Source: Octopus vulgaris
Taxonomy: Eukaryota
Reading direction: 5' to 3'
Assembly (NCBI GenBank): GCA_951406725.2
Contig: OX597831.1
Location: 55,924,001-55,988,000, forward strand
DNA length: 64,000 bases
Under the pieces are notes generated by a model. It did no database searches. It was not told the DNA's origin and was given only the letters and a program-made list of their open reading frames with translations. Position numbers and translations under genes: made by a program. Position 1 is the stretch's first letter; each line of letters opens with the position of its first letter. Shown in pieces: positions 26,763-40,503 of the stretch.

Positions 26763-26959
26763 TTTTATTCTTTTACCTGTTTCAGTCATTTGATTACGGC
26801 CATGCTGGAGCACCGCTTTAAGTCGGCTCCAGGACTTATACTTTGTAAGTCTAGTACTATTCGATCGGTCTTTTTTTGCCGAACCGCTAAGTTACGGGGA
26901 CGTAAACACACCAACATCGGTTGTCAGTCGATGGTTGGTGGGGACAAACGCGGATACAG

Positions 26960-27037
<78 letters not shown>

Positions 27038-27209
27038 AATATAAGAGAGTGGTCACTATATTGATTACTCTAGCACCAGTTAATCCAAAAGGTTTATGTC
27101 TTTATTTCTCCTTTAGTTTCAGAATTACTACTATTTTGCGGTTTGAGTTTAGCTGCTCTTTCAAGTGAGTTGAACGGCCTGTCAGGGTCATTCCTTAATA
27201 CTATTGTTG

Positions 27210-27250
<41 letters not shown>

Positions 27251-28000
27251 ACGGGCTTCTTTCAGTTTCCGTCTATCAAATCCACTCACAAGGCTTTGGT
27301 CGGCTCGAGTCTATAGTAGAAGACACTTGCCCAAGGTGCCACGCAGTGGGACTGGGAAGAATATATATGTATGTACTATGTATGTTACGTATGTATGTAT
27401 ATATATATTTATGTGTGTGTGTGTGTGTGTGTATCTATGTATGTATATGTGTATGTACATGTATGTATGTATATAAAGAAGCCCGTTGTATATATATATA
27501 TATATATATATATATGCATGCATATATACATGTGTGTGTGTGCGTGTTTGTGTCTGTTTGTCTCCCACCGCCGCTTGACAACCGGTGCTGGTGTGTTTAT
27601 GTCCCCGTATGTTAACGGTTCGGCAATAGGACAGATAGAATGAGTACCAAGTTTAATAAAGAAAATAAGTACTGGGGTCGACTAAAAAAATTCTCGGTTA
27701 GCGACCTAGTCTAGCTGTGATCAATAAGTATCCGGACTGTTGTCATAGTAACGAAGCTAAAGCACGCAGAATGAAGCCACTCGGCACAGATTGACCTTGA
27801 ATTCTGCTGTGCATGCGCACTATGTTTTAACGTTCTAGCTCACTTCCGCTGTTTACAGTAGTAGTGCTTGGAAGGAACGTGTACAGCGTACAACTTCATT
27901 CATTTCTTCGTTTGGATAGTTAAGGGCATACATACATACATACATACATACATACATACATACATACATACATACATACATACATACATACAAACGTACG

Positions 28001-28035
<35 letters not shown>

Positions 28036-28061
28036 ATGCATGCATGCATGCATACATACAT

Positions 28062-28118
<57 letters not shown>

Positions 28119-28499
28119 TACATACATACATACATACATACATACATACATACGTACGTACGTACGTACGTACGTACGTTATCCGTAATGTAGACAAGGA
28201 ACACCACCGCGAAGCAGCATGATTAAACGAACTATGAAGTAAGTATTATTCCTTTCCCAAAACATATATATTTCTTTATTACCCACAAGGGGTTAAACAC
28301 AGAGGGGACAAACGGATTAAGTCAATTACATCAGTGCGTAACTGGTACTTAATTTATCGACCCGGAAAGGATGAAAGGCAAAGTCGACCTCGGCGGAATT
28401 TGAACCCAGAACGTAACGGCTGACGAAATACGGCTATGCATTTCGCCCGGCGTGCTAACGATTCTTGCCAGCTCGCCGCCTTCAAAACATATAACATCA

Positions 28500-30230
28500 C
28501 CAGTGAAACAGTCCTGACAGTTATTATGAAGCTACCGAATTGGAAATCATCTGGTGGAGGCCTGGTAGTTGGCTACAGTACAAAAAACCCACGTTCTACA
28601 GGGAACTCTAACAAACCTATTTTAAAAAATAGACGTTGATCTAGATATACAGATTGGCTAACAATAGAACCCATATGGCCAAAAACTATAGGCTCGTAAC
28701 ATTGTACACAGGTTGTTTGAATGTCTTTCTCCTAGATGACTGCCAAACAAATGGTGTGTGACTGATGATCAGACAGGAAAAAAGAAAGGAGGCTGGGGCT
28801 ATGCTGAACAGTTACTCTTCGACAAAGATGTTCTTAAAGAAGCCAAGGAACATCTCCGTAATCTCTATGCCTCGTTCGTGGATGATAAACCACTACACCT
28901 AACCAAAGTGCCAGTTGCTATTGTGAATGCTGTTGAAAGACCGGCCACACGTTTCCACCCAGTTGTCACTGACAACACCTATTGTTATAAACAGAATTAA
29001 GTTATCAACAAGCATCTTCCAGGGTGATAGTTTATCTGTAATGTTGTTTCTACTGGGAGTGAATCCCTTGTCGACCCTGTTAACAAAATGCAAAAGGATA
29101 CAAGCTGGAACAAGCAGAAAAGAATAAAATTAATGTACCCACACAATTTTTGCAGATGACCTAAAGTTATATTCTGGTAATAGGATCGATATCAAGTGGC
29201 AATTGGAAATAGTCACAACATTTTCACGAGATTTACGAATGGAGTTTAGGCAAGATAAGCGTTCATACATGATAATCAGCCGAGGAAAACATGTATATCG
29301 ACGGCTTGTCTCTCTCCTCTATCTTTAATGATGAAAATTACAAATACCTCGGAATCGATAAGGAATTGCTGTACGGGTACTCTGAGAATGCAAATGTCTC
29401 ATGCGACCCAAAGGAGGCTGGGCTAGCCTACCTAAACAGAAGCTTGGAAATGAAGCAGACATCATACCAACAAAAAGCAATGCATTGGTACATGCCCCGT
29501 AAGCTAGAGAGCAACAACAGCTTTGACATGAAGAGTATCCTCTCTTGGACCTATAATAGATACACTACATCCCACCTAGAAGGATATGGCGTCGCTATCC
29601 GGGAACAGGAGAAAGATATTAAATACTTGATAAACAAGAGGGACAAATATACCACCAAACTCCACGTTGTGATAGAAAATGTCGGCTCTACTCTACCAGT
29701 ATGGAGATATCACCCACATCAACAACAGCTGTCCCAGATTGCCTACGAGATACTACCTGCCCCTGAGGCATGGCGTATGTGATATTCACAGGAAGGAATG
29801 TCTTGACATACATCAAAGGTATGTCAGAACCAGCAGATATTCACAACTTTGAAAACAAGGAATACTCGTGGAACACTCCAATAAAAACAGTAATTCGGTG
29901 CAAACATAACGGACCTGATATTGAACTGTTGTAGAGGTCAGCTGCCCAGCGGATGTGAATGTATAATCAAAAACCCAGGAAAAGAGAACTTTTATGGTAA
30001 ATTAATGCAGAACTTAGAGCTCTTGTATGCCGACTATAAATTCTTATTTGTTTCTATCGTCACAGGTACATAGTTTATGTACCTACAAATTTGCACCAAA
30101 AAAAAAAAAACTAGAAATATTCGTTTTTACAAAGAAAGAGCAAATGAAACTGGCGCGGATTTTACAAATTTAATCCATTAGCGGTATAGTGAAGATTTCT
30201 AAGACATTCCAAAAATTCCCTATTTGAGAT
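28500..30230 (+). mobile_element. Degenerate RLE-type non-LTR retrotransposon (R4/Dong-like)
   Basis: IFQGDSLS..LF.LGVNPLS, FADDLKLY, YKYLGI, AIREQE, C-terminal HNGPDI and VEVSCP remnants across many frameshifts. Confidence 0.8.
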
Positions 30231-30775
30231 TTTTTAAGTGAAAAGATGCACATACTCGACAGTTCAACCAACGCACCAACTCAATCACATATTTACAAAC
30301 ACCAGGAATTCTCTTAAATGCAAGTATAGAAGTGTATCTGTGTTTGGAGATAGTCATATGTGTGAGGTGAGAATGGTATGAGTAGTTTTTATAGAGGAGC
30401 AAGTGTGTTTGTGTGTAAAAGTATGAAATTACGGATGTATAGGAACGCAGGTTAGCGAGGGAGTGATGTGTGTGCGCGCGCATGAAGCGAGCGAGCGGGC
30501 GGGTCGGTGAGGTACAAGTGGAGGAATGTGAGGAGTGTGGTAGAAGTGTATGCAAGTTAAGAGAAGCTAGAGAAAAATAATTACAATACAAAACACTGGT
30601 GAGAGAAGTTATTTAGCAACTTCTCAAAGTTGGTGAGACGTCCGGGAAGGAGTAGAGAAAGAAAGAAAGAAAGAAAGAAAGGAAGGAAGGAAGGAAGAAA
30701 GATAGAAAGACACATACATACATACACTTTATATATACATGTGTGCGGCTGTATGTGTGTATACATATACACGTA

Positions 30776-30777
30776 TG

Positions 30778-30864
<87 letters not shown>

Positions 30865-30900
30865 GTAGGTAGGTAGGTAGGTAGATAGATAGATAGATAT

Positions 30901-30936
<36 letters not shown>

Positions 30937-30949
30937 GTAGGTATGTAGG

Positions 30950-30992
<43 letters not shown>

Positions 30993-30996
30993 TAGG

Positions 30997-31079
<83 letters not shown>
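30776..31079. repeat. (GATA)n/(GGTA)n tetranucleotide array
   Basis: Directly visible. Confidence 0.97.
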
Positions 31080-31230
31080 TACTTATTTTATCGACCCTGA
31101 AAACATGAAAGGTAATGCCAACCTCGGTGAAATTAGAACTCAGAACATAAAGACGGATGAAATGCCGCTAAGCATTTATTTTGCCTGACGTGCTAACGAT
31201 ACTGCAAGTTCGCCTTATATACATATATAC

Positions 31231-31276
<46 letters not shown>

Positions 31277-31278
<2 letters not shown>

Positions 31279-31544
31279 AGGCGCAATAGCAGCGGACTCG
31301 CGGTCGTAGGATCATGGTTTCGATTCCCAGACCGGGCGTTGTGAGTGTTTATTGAGCGAAAACACCTAAAACTCCACGAGGCTCCGGCAGGGGATGGTGG
31401 CGATCCCTGCTGTACTCTTTCGCCATAACTTTCTTCTCTCACTCTTTCTTAGCCAGCGGGGTGGCGTCATTTAAAGGCTAAAACAATGCGAAGCGCATTG
31501 TGACCAGCGATGTGTAGCAACATCTGATAGCCTGGTCGGTCACG

Positions 31545-31549
<5 letters not shown>
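31277..31549 (+). mobile_element. SINE family A inside (AT)n
   Basis: Matches 37950-38242 with small internal deletions. Confidence 0.85.
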
Positions 31550-31606
<57 letters not shown>

Positions 31607-31669
31607 GAGAAAGAGAAGAAAGGAAAGAAATAGGGAGAGAGAGGTTGAGAGCTTTAAGGCTCAAAGAAG

Positions 31670-32850
31670 AGGGTCATATAGAAGGTAATATTTCGGCATC
31701 GTTCTAAAACTTTCCTCAAATCTTTAAATGACTACATGGCCAAAATTAAGCAATCGCCTAATCTACATATCTTCGCCGACTAAATAAAGAAGATTTATGA
31801 AACATGCATCTCCACATACGCAAGGCTTCTCACAAACATAAATCACCAAGACACACAAGAAAACTTGCAACTCCACATTCAATGATAAATTCAGACGCGA
31901 AGGAGCTAGCTATCCGCCTTAACATAGAAGGTCGTGTAGACCGCCTTACCACGCGACCTCCGCACATTACACTTAAGGACCACATGCCTAAATTCCTCTA
32001 CAACCCTAAATGCAGGCTGATCAACCCCTCTAAAAGTGATATAGGTATTGTTAGAAAGCGCATTCTTGATACCTGTTTCTTTATTACCCACAAGGGGCTA
32101 AACATAGAGGGAACAAACAAGGACAGACATAGGTATTAAGTCGATTACATCGACCCCAGTGCGTAACTGGTACTTAATTTATCGACCCCGAAAGGATGCA
32201 AAGGCAAAGTCGACCTCGGCGGAATTTGAACTCACAACGTAACGGCAGACGAAATACGGCTATCATTTCGCCCGGCGTGCTAACGTTTCTGCCAGCTCGC
32301 CGCATTCTTGATACCATCAACTCTGACATTAGAAGGGCCTCAGGGTTGATTCAATGGGATTCCAGCGCAGCCCTGATCGACTGGTTTCACAGTATCGAGA
32401 ATAAATCAGCCTGCAGTTTAATGCGTTTGACATCGTAGACTTTTACCCTTCTGTATCGAAAACCCTCCTCTTGAAGGCTCTAAATCTTTCTAAGTAATTC
32501 ATTAGCACGAGTGATCTCGATGTCAGAATCATCACGAACGTCAGAAAGTCAATCTTGGTTCAGGTCGATACACTGTCTGAGTGAAGGAAGCAGTCGATTT
32601 ACTGTTCGACGTTTCTATGAGGTGCTACGACGGGACTGAGATCGCCGAACTCGTCGGGTTATTCATCTTGGATACTCTCTAGAAATGCACGCATCCACAT
32701 TGGTTGGCCCTCTATAGGGACGATGGCCTGGCAAATACAAAGCCATATGAGCTGTCACGCCATGAACAAGTTCAGGAAGGACGTGATAAAAATATTCAAG
32801 GAATTCGGCCTGTCTATAACAGTTACCATCAATCTGACCACGGTCGACCT
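31670..32850 (+). pseudogene. Penelope-like element reverse transcriptase fossil (probably Naiad-type)
   Basis: ITLKDH..KF..NPKCRLINPSKSDIG..KRILDTIN, QW..ALIDWF, FDIVDFYPSV, FDVSMRCYDGTEIAELVGLFIL, LYRDDGLA, KIFKEFGLSIT. Stops and frameshifts present. Confidence 0.85.
32074..32303 (-). mobile_element. SINE family B inserted in the PLE RT, with TSD
   Basis: CGCATTCTTGATACC at 32059-32073 and 32301-32315. Confidence 0.92.
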
Positions 32851-33324
32851 CTTGCACATAAGATGTTATATTCATATGATGCTATCAACGTTCTCAGTAA
32901 TACAAGTGTTACAACTCTCATGCGATCGCCAATCGTCGTTCCGACTGTAAGTAACTGTTGCAATGCCCTGTTGACTACTGTTTTAACCGATTTCCTGTGT
33001 AGCATTGACTTCAAATCCCTTCGATGTTCTGCCTCTCACTGGTCTCAATAGATATTTCTCATAAGTGTGTCCATAGTATCTGACCGTATGACCAATGCTT
33101 TGCTTTTGAATTTGTGTATGAGGTGTGTGAGTATGTATGCGTACATGAGTGTGTATATGAGTGTGTACGTATGTGTAAGAGTGTGCATGCATACATGTGA
33201 TTGTGTGTGTGTGTGTGTGTGGTTAATAAATACAAATAGACTGTCGAGTTGTACAGACTTACATACAGCGATAACTATTTGAATGAGTGGAACACACGAA
33301 AGCCAATGACTCTATATTGGTAAT

Positions 33325-33377
<53 letters not shown>

Positions 33378-33779
33378 ATGCATACACACATCACACACAA
33401 GGCAAAACGTGAGTTCTGTCATGCAGCCAGATTTTTCACCGCTTAAAAATAAAAATAATGAAAAAAAAAACCCCGCTCTGTTACTTAATGGAGACAAACA
33501 GTGAAATCCCTGATGTCCGTCCAGTCAAGATTTAACTTATTTGACTTGGATGATTTTATGACCTCCAAAGTACAGAATGTGAAAGGATTGTTTACTTAAA
33601 TCTGTCTGTTTGAAATGTATCCGGTCTCTATTAAAATGCGGATCACCTCGGGCTGAAGTTGTTTGAGGGTCTTTAGAGAAAAGAGATGTGTTGTGAACAA
33701 TGCAGAAGGAAGTATCTTGCGGAGAATGTACTGTATATAATCTCAAGAAAGATGGTGGTTGAGATTACAGGAGTTGTGG

Positions 33780-34100
33780 AGGTTACTAGATAGAGGAGAG
33801 TAGTGGTGGCTTCGGTGTTGGTTGAGGTGGTAGTGGGGGTTGCAGTGGCGACGGCGCTGGCGATGGCGTTGGAGGTGGCGGCAGAGCTGGTGTGGCGGCA
33901 GCACTGAGGTGGTGACGGTAGAGGCGGCGGCGGCAGTGGTGGCGGCGGTGGTGGCGGCGGCAGTGGCGGCGGAAACGGCAGTGGCGGCAGTGGTGGCGAG
34001 GACGGTAGTGACTGCTTTGGCGGCGGTGGCGATGGCGGCAGCGGTGGTGTTGGTGTTGAGGGTTGGGGGTGTTGGTTATGCCGGTGGTTATGGTAACTTG
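33780..34100. repeat. Degenerate GC-rich (GGT/GGC)n low-complexity tract
   Basis: Directly visible. Confidence 0.85.
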
Positions 34101-34342
34101 GAGTGGGTGGAGGGATACATTGTATTTGTATTGTAACAAAACTTATGGTCAATAACGACTTTCAAGCCAAGACCATCGCATCTTATAATTTGACATAAAA
34201 TGTCTAATATGTCTAGCGTTTTCATTCCTTTGTATGTAACGGTTATGTTGGTGCTGTTCTTGCTTGTAGAGATAGTGATGGTAGTGACAAAGATTAATAG
34301 CAGCAATGTTAAGGGTGCTGCTGCTGCTGCTTCTGTTGCTGT

Positions 34343-34686
34343 TAAGCGAACGGTCTTCGTCCCAGAGCTCGCAAGATGGGAGAAGTCCGAAACGTGGTCC
34401 TTTGCTATTCGTAAGACTTGCAGAAGAGAAAGCAGGTCAACCCCCGACACCGAGAGCATCGACGGATGGATGAATGCGCATCCAGGCTCAGCGCTTGCAT
34501 AGAAAGTCGGGGACAAGAAACAGGAAGAAAGAGTGAGAGAAAGTTGAAGCGAAAGTGTACCATATGGGGTCTCCACCCACCCCCTGCTGGAGCCTCGTGG
34601 AGCTTTAGGTATTTTCGCTCAATAAACACACACAACGCCCGGTCTGGGAATCGAAACCGCGATCCTCCGACCGCGAGTCCACTGCC
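34343..34686 (-). mobile_element. SINE family A with a third 3' tail type
   Basis: Head and body match 37950-38120, then an unrelated tail of about 180 bp ending in ACAGCAACAG. Confidence 0.8.
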
Positions 34687-34861
34687 CTACTGCTGCTGCT
34701 GCTGCTATTGTTGTTGTTTAACCACAGGTCATCTTTGGTCAAGCAGACCTGTAATCAAAGCTGTTCCAGCCGAAACCATCTAGTATCCTTTCTCTTATCA
34801 ATCTTTTGACTTACAAGGACTTTGCACTCCGCTTGCATAATTCTCAAGGTCATAGAAGCCA

Positions 34862-35115
34862 TGTCCGGTAAGTTCACCGTCATCCATTCACCGCAGGGAA
34901 AGTTGACCGTCATCAATTCACCGTTTCTTTTGGGGTTTTTTTTTCTTTTTCAATAAAATAGTTTTAACAATTAATGCTGAGATACTGTGAATATATTTTC
35001 TCGGTAAACTTTCCTCGCGGTGAACTTTCCTTGCGGTGAACTTTCCTCGCAGTGAACTTTCTTCACAGTGAACACTCCTGCGATGAATTGATGGCGGTAA
35101 ACTTACTTGTAATCC
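34862..35115. mobile_element. MITE-like element with 15-bp subterminal repeats
   Basis: TTCACCG repeats on the left and tandem AACTTTCCTCGCGGTG on the right in opposite orientation. A similar decayed array lies at 59815-59985. Confidence 0.55.
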
Positions 35116-35693
35116 ATTGAGGCACACCAGCCACCATATTGCAACATGGACTGGACCTTGTAAGGGTTGTTTAATTATGGTGGCATTAACATCCTCGGAA
35201 ATATCATTTCTGAGAGTTAGAATAGATCGTTGAGAATACTACTTAGAGTTTGTGTAACTCTGTGAAAGGATAAACTTACAAAAGCATTTCTATAAATATG
35301 TTGATGAATGTTCAACAAGGGTTTTTTTTTAAATTATTATTTTGACATCCCCACTTTCTAAATCAACTAATAACTGACCATTAGCCTCCATTAGACTCAA
35401 AAGTTTTGTAAATTGGGCTGCTGAGACATCTCTCAATTAGTGCTGCTCGTGTCTAGGTTGAAAGAGGTTTTTTTTTTTTCTTTTTTCGTCTCTAAATAAG
35501 AACTTATTTGCGGTTCAGGTGCATCCTTTGTGATAAATGCCCGTGTTTTGCTTGAAATCAACAAATAGCAAAAATAGCGATGTTCTTTAACTACGTATCG
35601 TGTTTGGGAATTTTAAGAAAATGAAATGATAACGTTATGCTTTTCTTTTGGTTATTAGGGTTATAAGTGAATTGAAATTGTTCTCTCTCACTC

Positions 35694-35968
35694 TTATGTT
35701 GCATGAACAGTAGGATTATGGGGGCATGCACTGTAACAACACATCACTGCATTCACTATTTGCTGGCGATTCCCTACTCCTGGCGGAGTATACCTTTGCA
35801 CCACTCAGGCGACAACCCTCCAACCCATGGAACTGTCTGGGTAATCATTGCTGGTGTGGGTTTTACGAGTTCGGAGTGCAAATCCGACCTTAACTTCTTT
35901 TAGTCGCCTTTTACGACACGGAGAAGAAATGTTGGGTCTATTCTTTGACACGGCCGGGTGGTGAAATT

Positions 35969-35974
<6 letters not shown>
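35694..35974. repeat. 281-bp direct repeat, copy 1
   Basis: Nearly identical to 37338-37618 (three substitutions seen). Confidence 0.92.
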
Positions 35975-36043
<69 letters not shown>

Positions 36044-36049
36044 GTGTTT

Positions 36050-36105
<56 letters not shown>

Positions 36106-36240
36106 TGTGTGTGTGTGTGTGTGTCTGTGTGTCTATGTCTGTGTGTGTGTGTGTCATGATGAACATGTTCCATTCTGCTACTCAAACACTCGATGCATTT
36201 TCAATGTTTCTTTTTCTTTTATTTTATTTTCAGTTACGCC

Positions 36241-36328
36241 ATGAATATTTACTCTTTATCTACATTCGCCTTCTTTGTTTTTACGGCGACAAATGGTGAA
36301 CTAACCCATTCGTCAGAAGATCCTTTAG
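36241..36328 (+). CDS. Mucin-like type I membrane protein, coding exon 1 (signal peptide)
   Basis: Polypyrimidine acceptor TTTTCAG ending 36233, GCCATG start, MNIYSLSTFAFFVFTATNG-ELTHSSEDPL, phase-1 donor G|GTACGA. Confidence 0.72.
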
Positions 36329-36876
36329 GTACGAAATTTACCTGTATAAATGATGTCGGCTTTACCAACATTGTTTTTTCTTTGCTGCTGTTTTATATGA
36401 GTCAGGTTAAATCTCTGCTGGATGTCTCGAGCTTCATATATTAATGTAACGTGTTGTCGGGTCACTAGAACATGACAACGGATAGAGCATAAAGTATGAG
36501 TCAATGGATGCCTATTCACTTCATTTGTGAATATTTTTCACTCAAAATATGTATTCTCTAAGTCACCTTAGATCTGATAAGCTCTCAACGTATATTTCGT
36601 TGAAAAGGTCTAAGAAGACCGAAACATGTGCAGAGTTGCCTAACCAAAGGTCATTTCTCATTTAATTTCTAATTAATTTGTATTTTAGATTTGTCTCACT
36701 TATCTTTCTTCGCAAGAAATATCACCACTGCTAATGATTTTTTTTTGTTAATTAACACGTTTTTGACTCCATTAAATTTTAGTCCCCGTCCCATTTAACT
36801 ATATTTAAAAAGACCGAAACCTCTAATGTACTTTGTGGTGAACGGTTGTGAAAAGAAATTTGTATTGTTAACTAAA

Positions 36877-37047
36877 GGCGCAGGAGTGGCTGTGTGGTAA
36901 GTAGCTTGCTTACCAACCACATGGCTCCGGGTTCAGTCCCACTGCGTGGCATCTTGGGCAAGTGTCTTCTGCTATAGCCCCGGGCCGACCAAAGCCTTGT
37001 GAGTGGATTTGGTAGACGGAAACTGAAAGAAGCCTGTCGTATATATG

Positions 37048-37099
<52 letters not shown>

Positions 37100-37290
37100 T
37101 GTGTTTGTCCCCCTAGCATTGCTTGACAACCGATGCTGGTGTGTTTACGTCCCCGTCACTTAGCGGTTCGGCAAAAGAGACCGATAGAATAAGTACTGGG
37201 CTTACAAAGAATAAGTCCCGGGGTCGATTTGCTCGACTAAAGGCGGTGCTCCAGCATGGCCGCAGTCAAATGACTGAAACAAGTAAAAGA
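36877..37290 (+). mobile_element. SINE family C, full length
   Basis: tRNA-like head (A-box TGGCTGTGTGG, B-box GGTTCAGTCCC), CORE-like CTTGGGCAAGTG, internal (TA)(TG) tract and LINE-type tail. Copies at 59343, 50107 and fragments at 230, 8315, 9245, 10907, 20460, 21628, 26762, 27250, 27475 and 53460. Confidence 0.9.
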
Positions 37291-37337
37291 GAGAAAGAGA
37301 GTAAAGCTCTTATAAAATATGATTGCAGTTCTTTTAT

Positions 37338-37618
37338 TTATGTTGCATGAACAGTAGGATTATGGGGGCATGCACTGTAACAACACATCACTGCATTCAC
37401 TATTTGCTGGTGATTCCCTACTCCTGGCGGAGTATACCTTTGCACCACTCAGGCGACAACCCTCAAACCCATGGAACTGTCTGGGTAGTCATTGCTGGTG
37501 TGGGTTTTACGAGTTCGGAGTGCAAATCCGACCTTAACTTCTTTTAGTCGCCTTTTACGACACGGAGAAGAAATGTTGGGTCTATTCTTTGACACGGCCG
37601 GGTGGTGAAATTTTAAAT
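37338..37618. repeat. 281-bp direct repeat, copy 2
   Basis: See 35694-35974. Confidence 0.92.
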
Positions 37619-37896
37619 TTGAGCTTTTTGTTCATTTAATATACTACATTAAGTATAAATACAAAGAGTCTTTGAAAGAATTAGAAAGTTAAATTCACCG
37701 CTGTTTTCACTTTCAGAAATATATATGTTATATTTGTTACATTTTAATTAGCTAAATTATTCAAATTTAGAGTGGAAGCTTAATAAATTGTATTTTAATA
37801 TTACTCAACAAAAAGTATTCATTTTAGAAATATATAATTTAATATTCTGCAATCTCTATCTCTCTCTCTCTCTTTCTCTCTCTCTCTATATATATG

Positions 37897-37949
<53 letters not shown>

Positions 37950-37951
<2 letters not shown>

Positions 37952-38242
37952 AGGCGCAATGGCCCAGTGGTTAGGGCAGCGGACTCGCGGTCGTAGGATG
38001 GCGGTTTCGATTCCCAGACCGGGCGTTGAGAGTGTTTATTGAGCGAAAACACCTAAAAGCTCCACGAGGCTCCGGCAGGGGGTGGTGATCCCTGCTGTAC
38101 TCTTTCTACCACTCTTTCTTCTGTTGGCCTGCTCGCTTAGCCAGCGGGGTGGCGTCATTCGAAGGCTAAAACAATGCGAACGCATTGTGACCAGTGATGT
38201 GTAACTACATCTGATTGACTGGTCGGTCACGTGATCACGTGA
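37950..38242 (+). mobile_element. SINE family A, full length, tRNA-derived
   Basis: GGAGGCGCAATGGCCCAGTGGTTAGGGCAGCGGACTCGCGG...GGTTTCGATTCCC with A and B boxes, flanked by microsatellites. Confidence 0.9.
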
Positions 38243-38244
38243 TA

Positions 38245-38280
<36 letters not shown>

Positions 38281-38284
38281 TGTA

Positions 38285-38391
<107 letters not shown>

Positions 38392-38764
38392 AAGTAGAGT
38401 AAATTACTCAATAAACCGAAATAGATTCACGGCAGAATTTACATTTTTTTCTGACTAAAGGTTTTAGTAAATCAGTCACTTTTTATATTACTTTTCTCTT
38501 TCTTTTAACAGTTTAGCCGCTTTTTTGAGATGTACGAAGAAAAAATAAACTTTGGCCCAAGTAAAACACAAACGTTATTTTTCCTTACGTTGCGTATATT
38601 ATTAATTCAATAACTTAAATGAATGAAAAAAAATTTTTATCGTATATTCATTAACATGCAAATCATCGATTATGAGGGAAATCGACTTATTATGACGTCA
38701 TAATGGATTTGTATCAAAAGTTTGACACAAAATATAGAGCAAAGGAAAAAAACATCAAATATAT

Positions 38765-39066
38765 TGTTGTTGTTTGTCCTTCTCGAGTTATATGTCTGGC
38801 TCATAAGGGCCGGTTTCCCGGTTTCATTGGCATATAGGTTCACCACTTAGACGGGACGCCGGTCCGTTACAGCTGAACTGCTAGATGCAGGAGTGAGAGA
38901 AAGTTGTGGCGAAAGAGTCAACAGAAGTTCGCCATTACCTTCTGCCGAAGCTGCGTGGAACTTAAGTGTTTCGCTCATAAACACACACATAGCCGGTCTG
39001 AGATTCGAACTTGCGATCCCTCGACCGCGGATCTGCTTCTCTAACCACTTGGCCATGTACCTCCAC
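38765..39066 (-). mobile_element. Older SINE family A relative with a fourth tail type
   Basis: tRNA-like head and ACACTTAAGTTCCACG..ACTCTTTCGCCACAACTTTCTCTCACTC body, then a distinct tail ending in (CAA)n. Confidence 0.7.
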
Positions 39067-40104
39067 GTCAAATGTATTACCTCTCTTTAATTTTCTATGT
39101 TGGAAAATCCTGATTGAAATGACGTCATAATAGGACACATTTTCACAAATTTTATGAAATGTCTTGTTTCACAAAATCATTGAACAGGCATGGATGGAGA
39201 GAGAAATAAAAATTTGAACGAATCGTCTGAGCGTCGGACAAAATGCCCTATGGTATTTGTTCTATTTGTGTATGTGTTTTATGAGTTCAAATTCCGCCGA
39301 GGTCAACTTTACCTTTTAATTTACCAACTTCGGTAACATAAAACTACTATTTAAGTACAAGAGTTGATATAATCGATCATTCTCCGTCTCGCTTCAAATT
39401 TCTGACCTTATGTTTATGTCAGAAATTGTTGAAGTCGCTCCGATTGATTTTATTAAAAAGTACTGTTGGTACGATAAAATAGTGAGATATTTGAAATATG
39501 GTTACTATAGTATAGTTATTATAGTTTGAACTTATTAGTATCTGGATTAAGGCCATATCTTATTTGATTCTATATTTCTATACGTTCATTCTATACTTGG
39601 AAAATTCTTCTATTTGTAGTGATTAAATTCTCCCATCGGCTGCCAAGTAAAGGTAAGAATATTATTGTTATTGTTTTTGTTGTTTCAGTGAAAGCACTAC
39701 TAATGGTGATGACAGTGGTGGTGGAAATAGTGGTGGCTGCTATTGTTGATTTTTTAAATTATCCTCAGTCATCAGACTAGTGAAACAGTAAATAAAATTT
39801 TTACTGATGACCAGCAAGCACAACATTAAAACTACTGTCTCAAATAAAAGTCATTGGGCATTGTAGTCCATAACACTCAAAAAGACAATATGATCACGGT
39901 TAGAACGACTTTGATCGAGGGTCTACTTGATCAAGTCTGATCTGGAGCTAAACGGCATCATATAATGTTGACAGTCTCTAGGCTTTATAATCACACGTTC
40001 TAATAGTCCTCAACAAACGAATAGTTTTTGACTTCGATAGCATTCGAGATCGAAGTATAAAAAATTGAGAACTCCATAGGTTTTTTAAAGGCTACTGTGT
40101 ATAA

Positions 40105-40137
<33 letters not shown>

Positions 40138-40443
40138 CTAAACTGTACTGGGAGAAGAAGAAGAAACGAAACGAAACGGAACGAATCGAATCGAATCGAC
40201 GCGAAGGCGCTCAGTCATACAATAGTGTAATAAATAAAATATATGCATACATACATACATATATGTACGTACCTACATCTACATGTATATATACATGCAT
40301 ATATAAATATATATACGTGAGTACAGGACACCACAAATAGACGCAGAACTCAATGATAACGAAAACGTAAAAACAAGCATGGAACGAACCTTTTTTTTAC
40401 AAGGAAAAAACAGAGTACTAGACAAACTACACAAGGAAAAATT

Positions 40444-40503
40444 CCCCTTCATCAGCTGTCCCTAGTTCAACTCCAGCGTGTTTCGAAGGTGAGGACAGAA
40501 CAC

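Noticed and set aside
35780-35930. Twister- or HDV-like ribozyme in the 281-bp repeat
   Set aside because: Hairpins are present but the required conserved cores and pseudoknots could not be assembled.
37255-37290. SINE C tail AGTC-AAAT-GACT-GAAACAAGTA resembling half a hammerhead (also 870-890 minus)
   Set aside because: No CUGANGA or stem I partner. Explained as the LINE-shared 3' stem-loop.
37950-38025. Possible tRNA gene
   Set aside because: The tRNA-like head continues into a multi-copy SINE body and has no clean acceptor stem or terminator.
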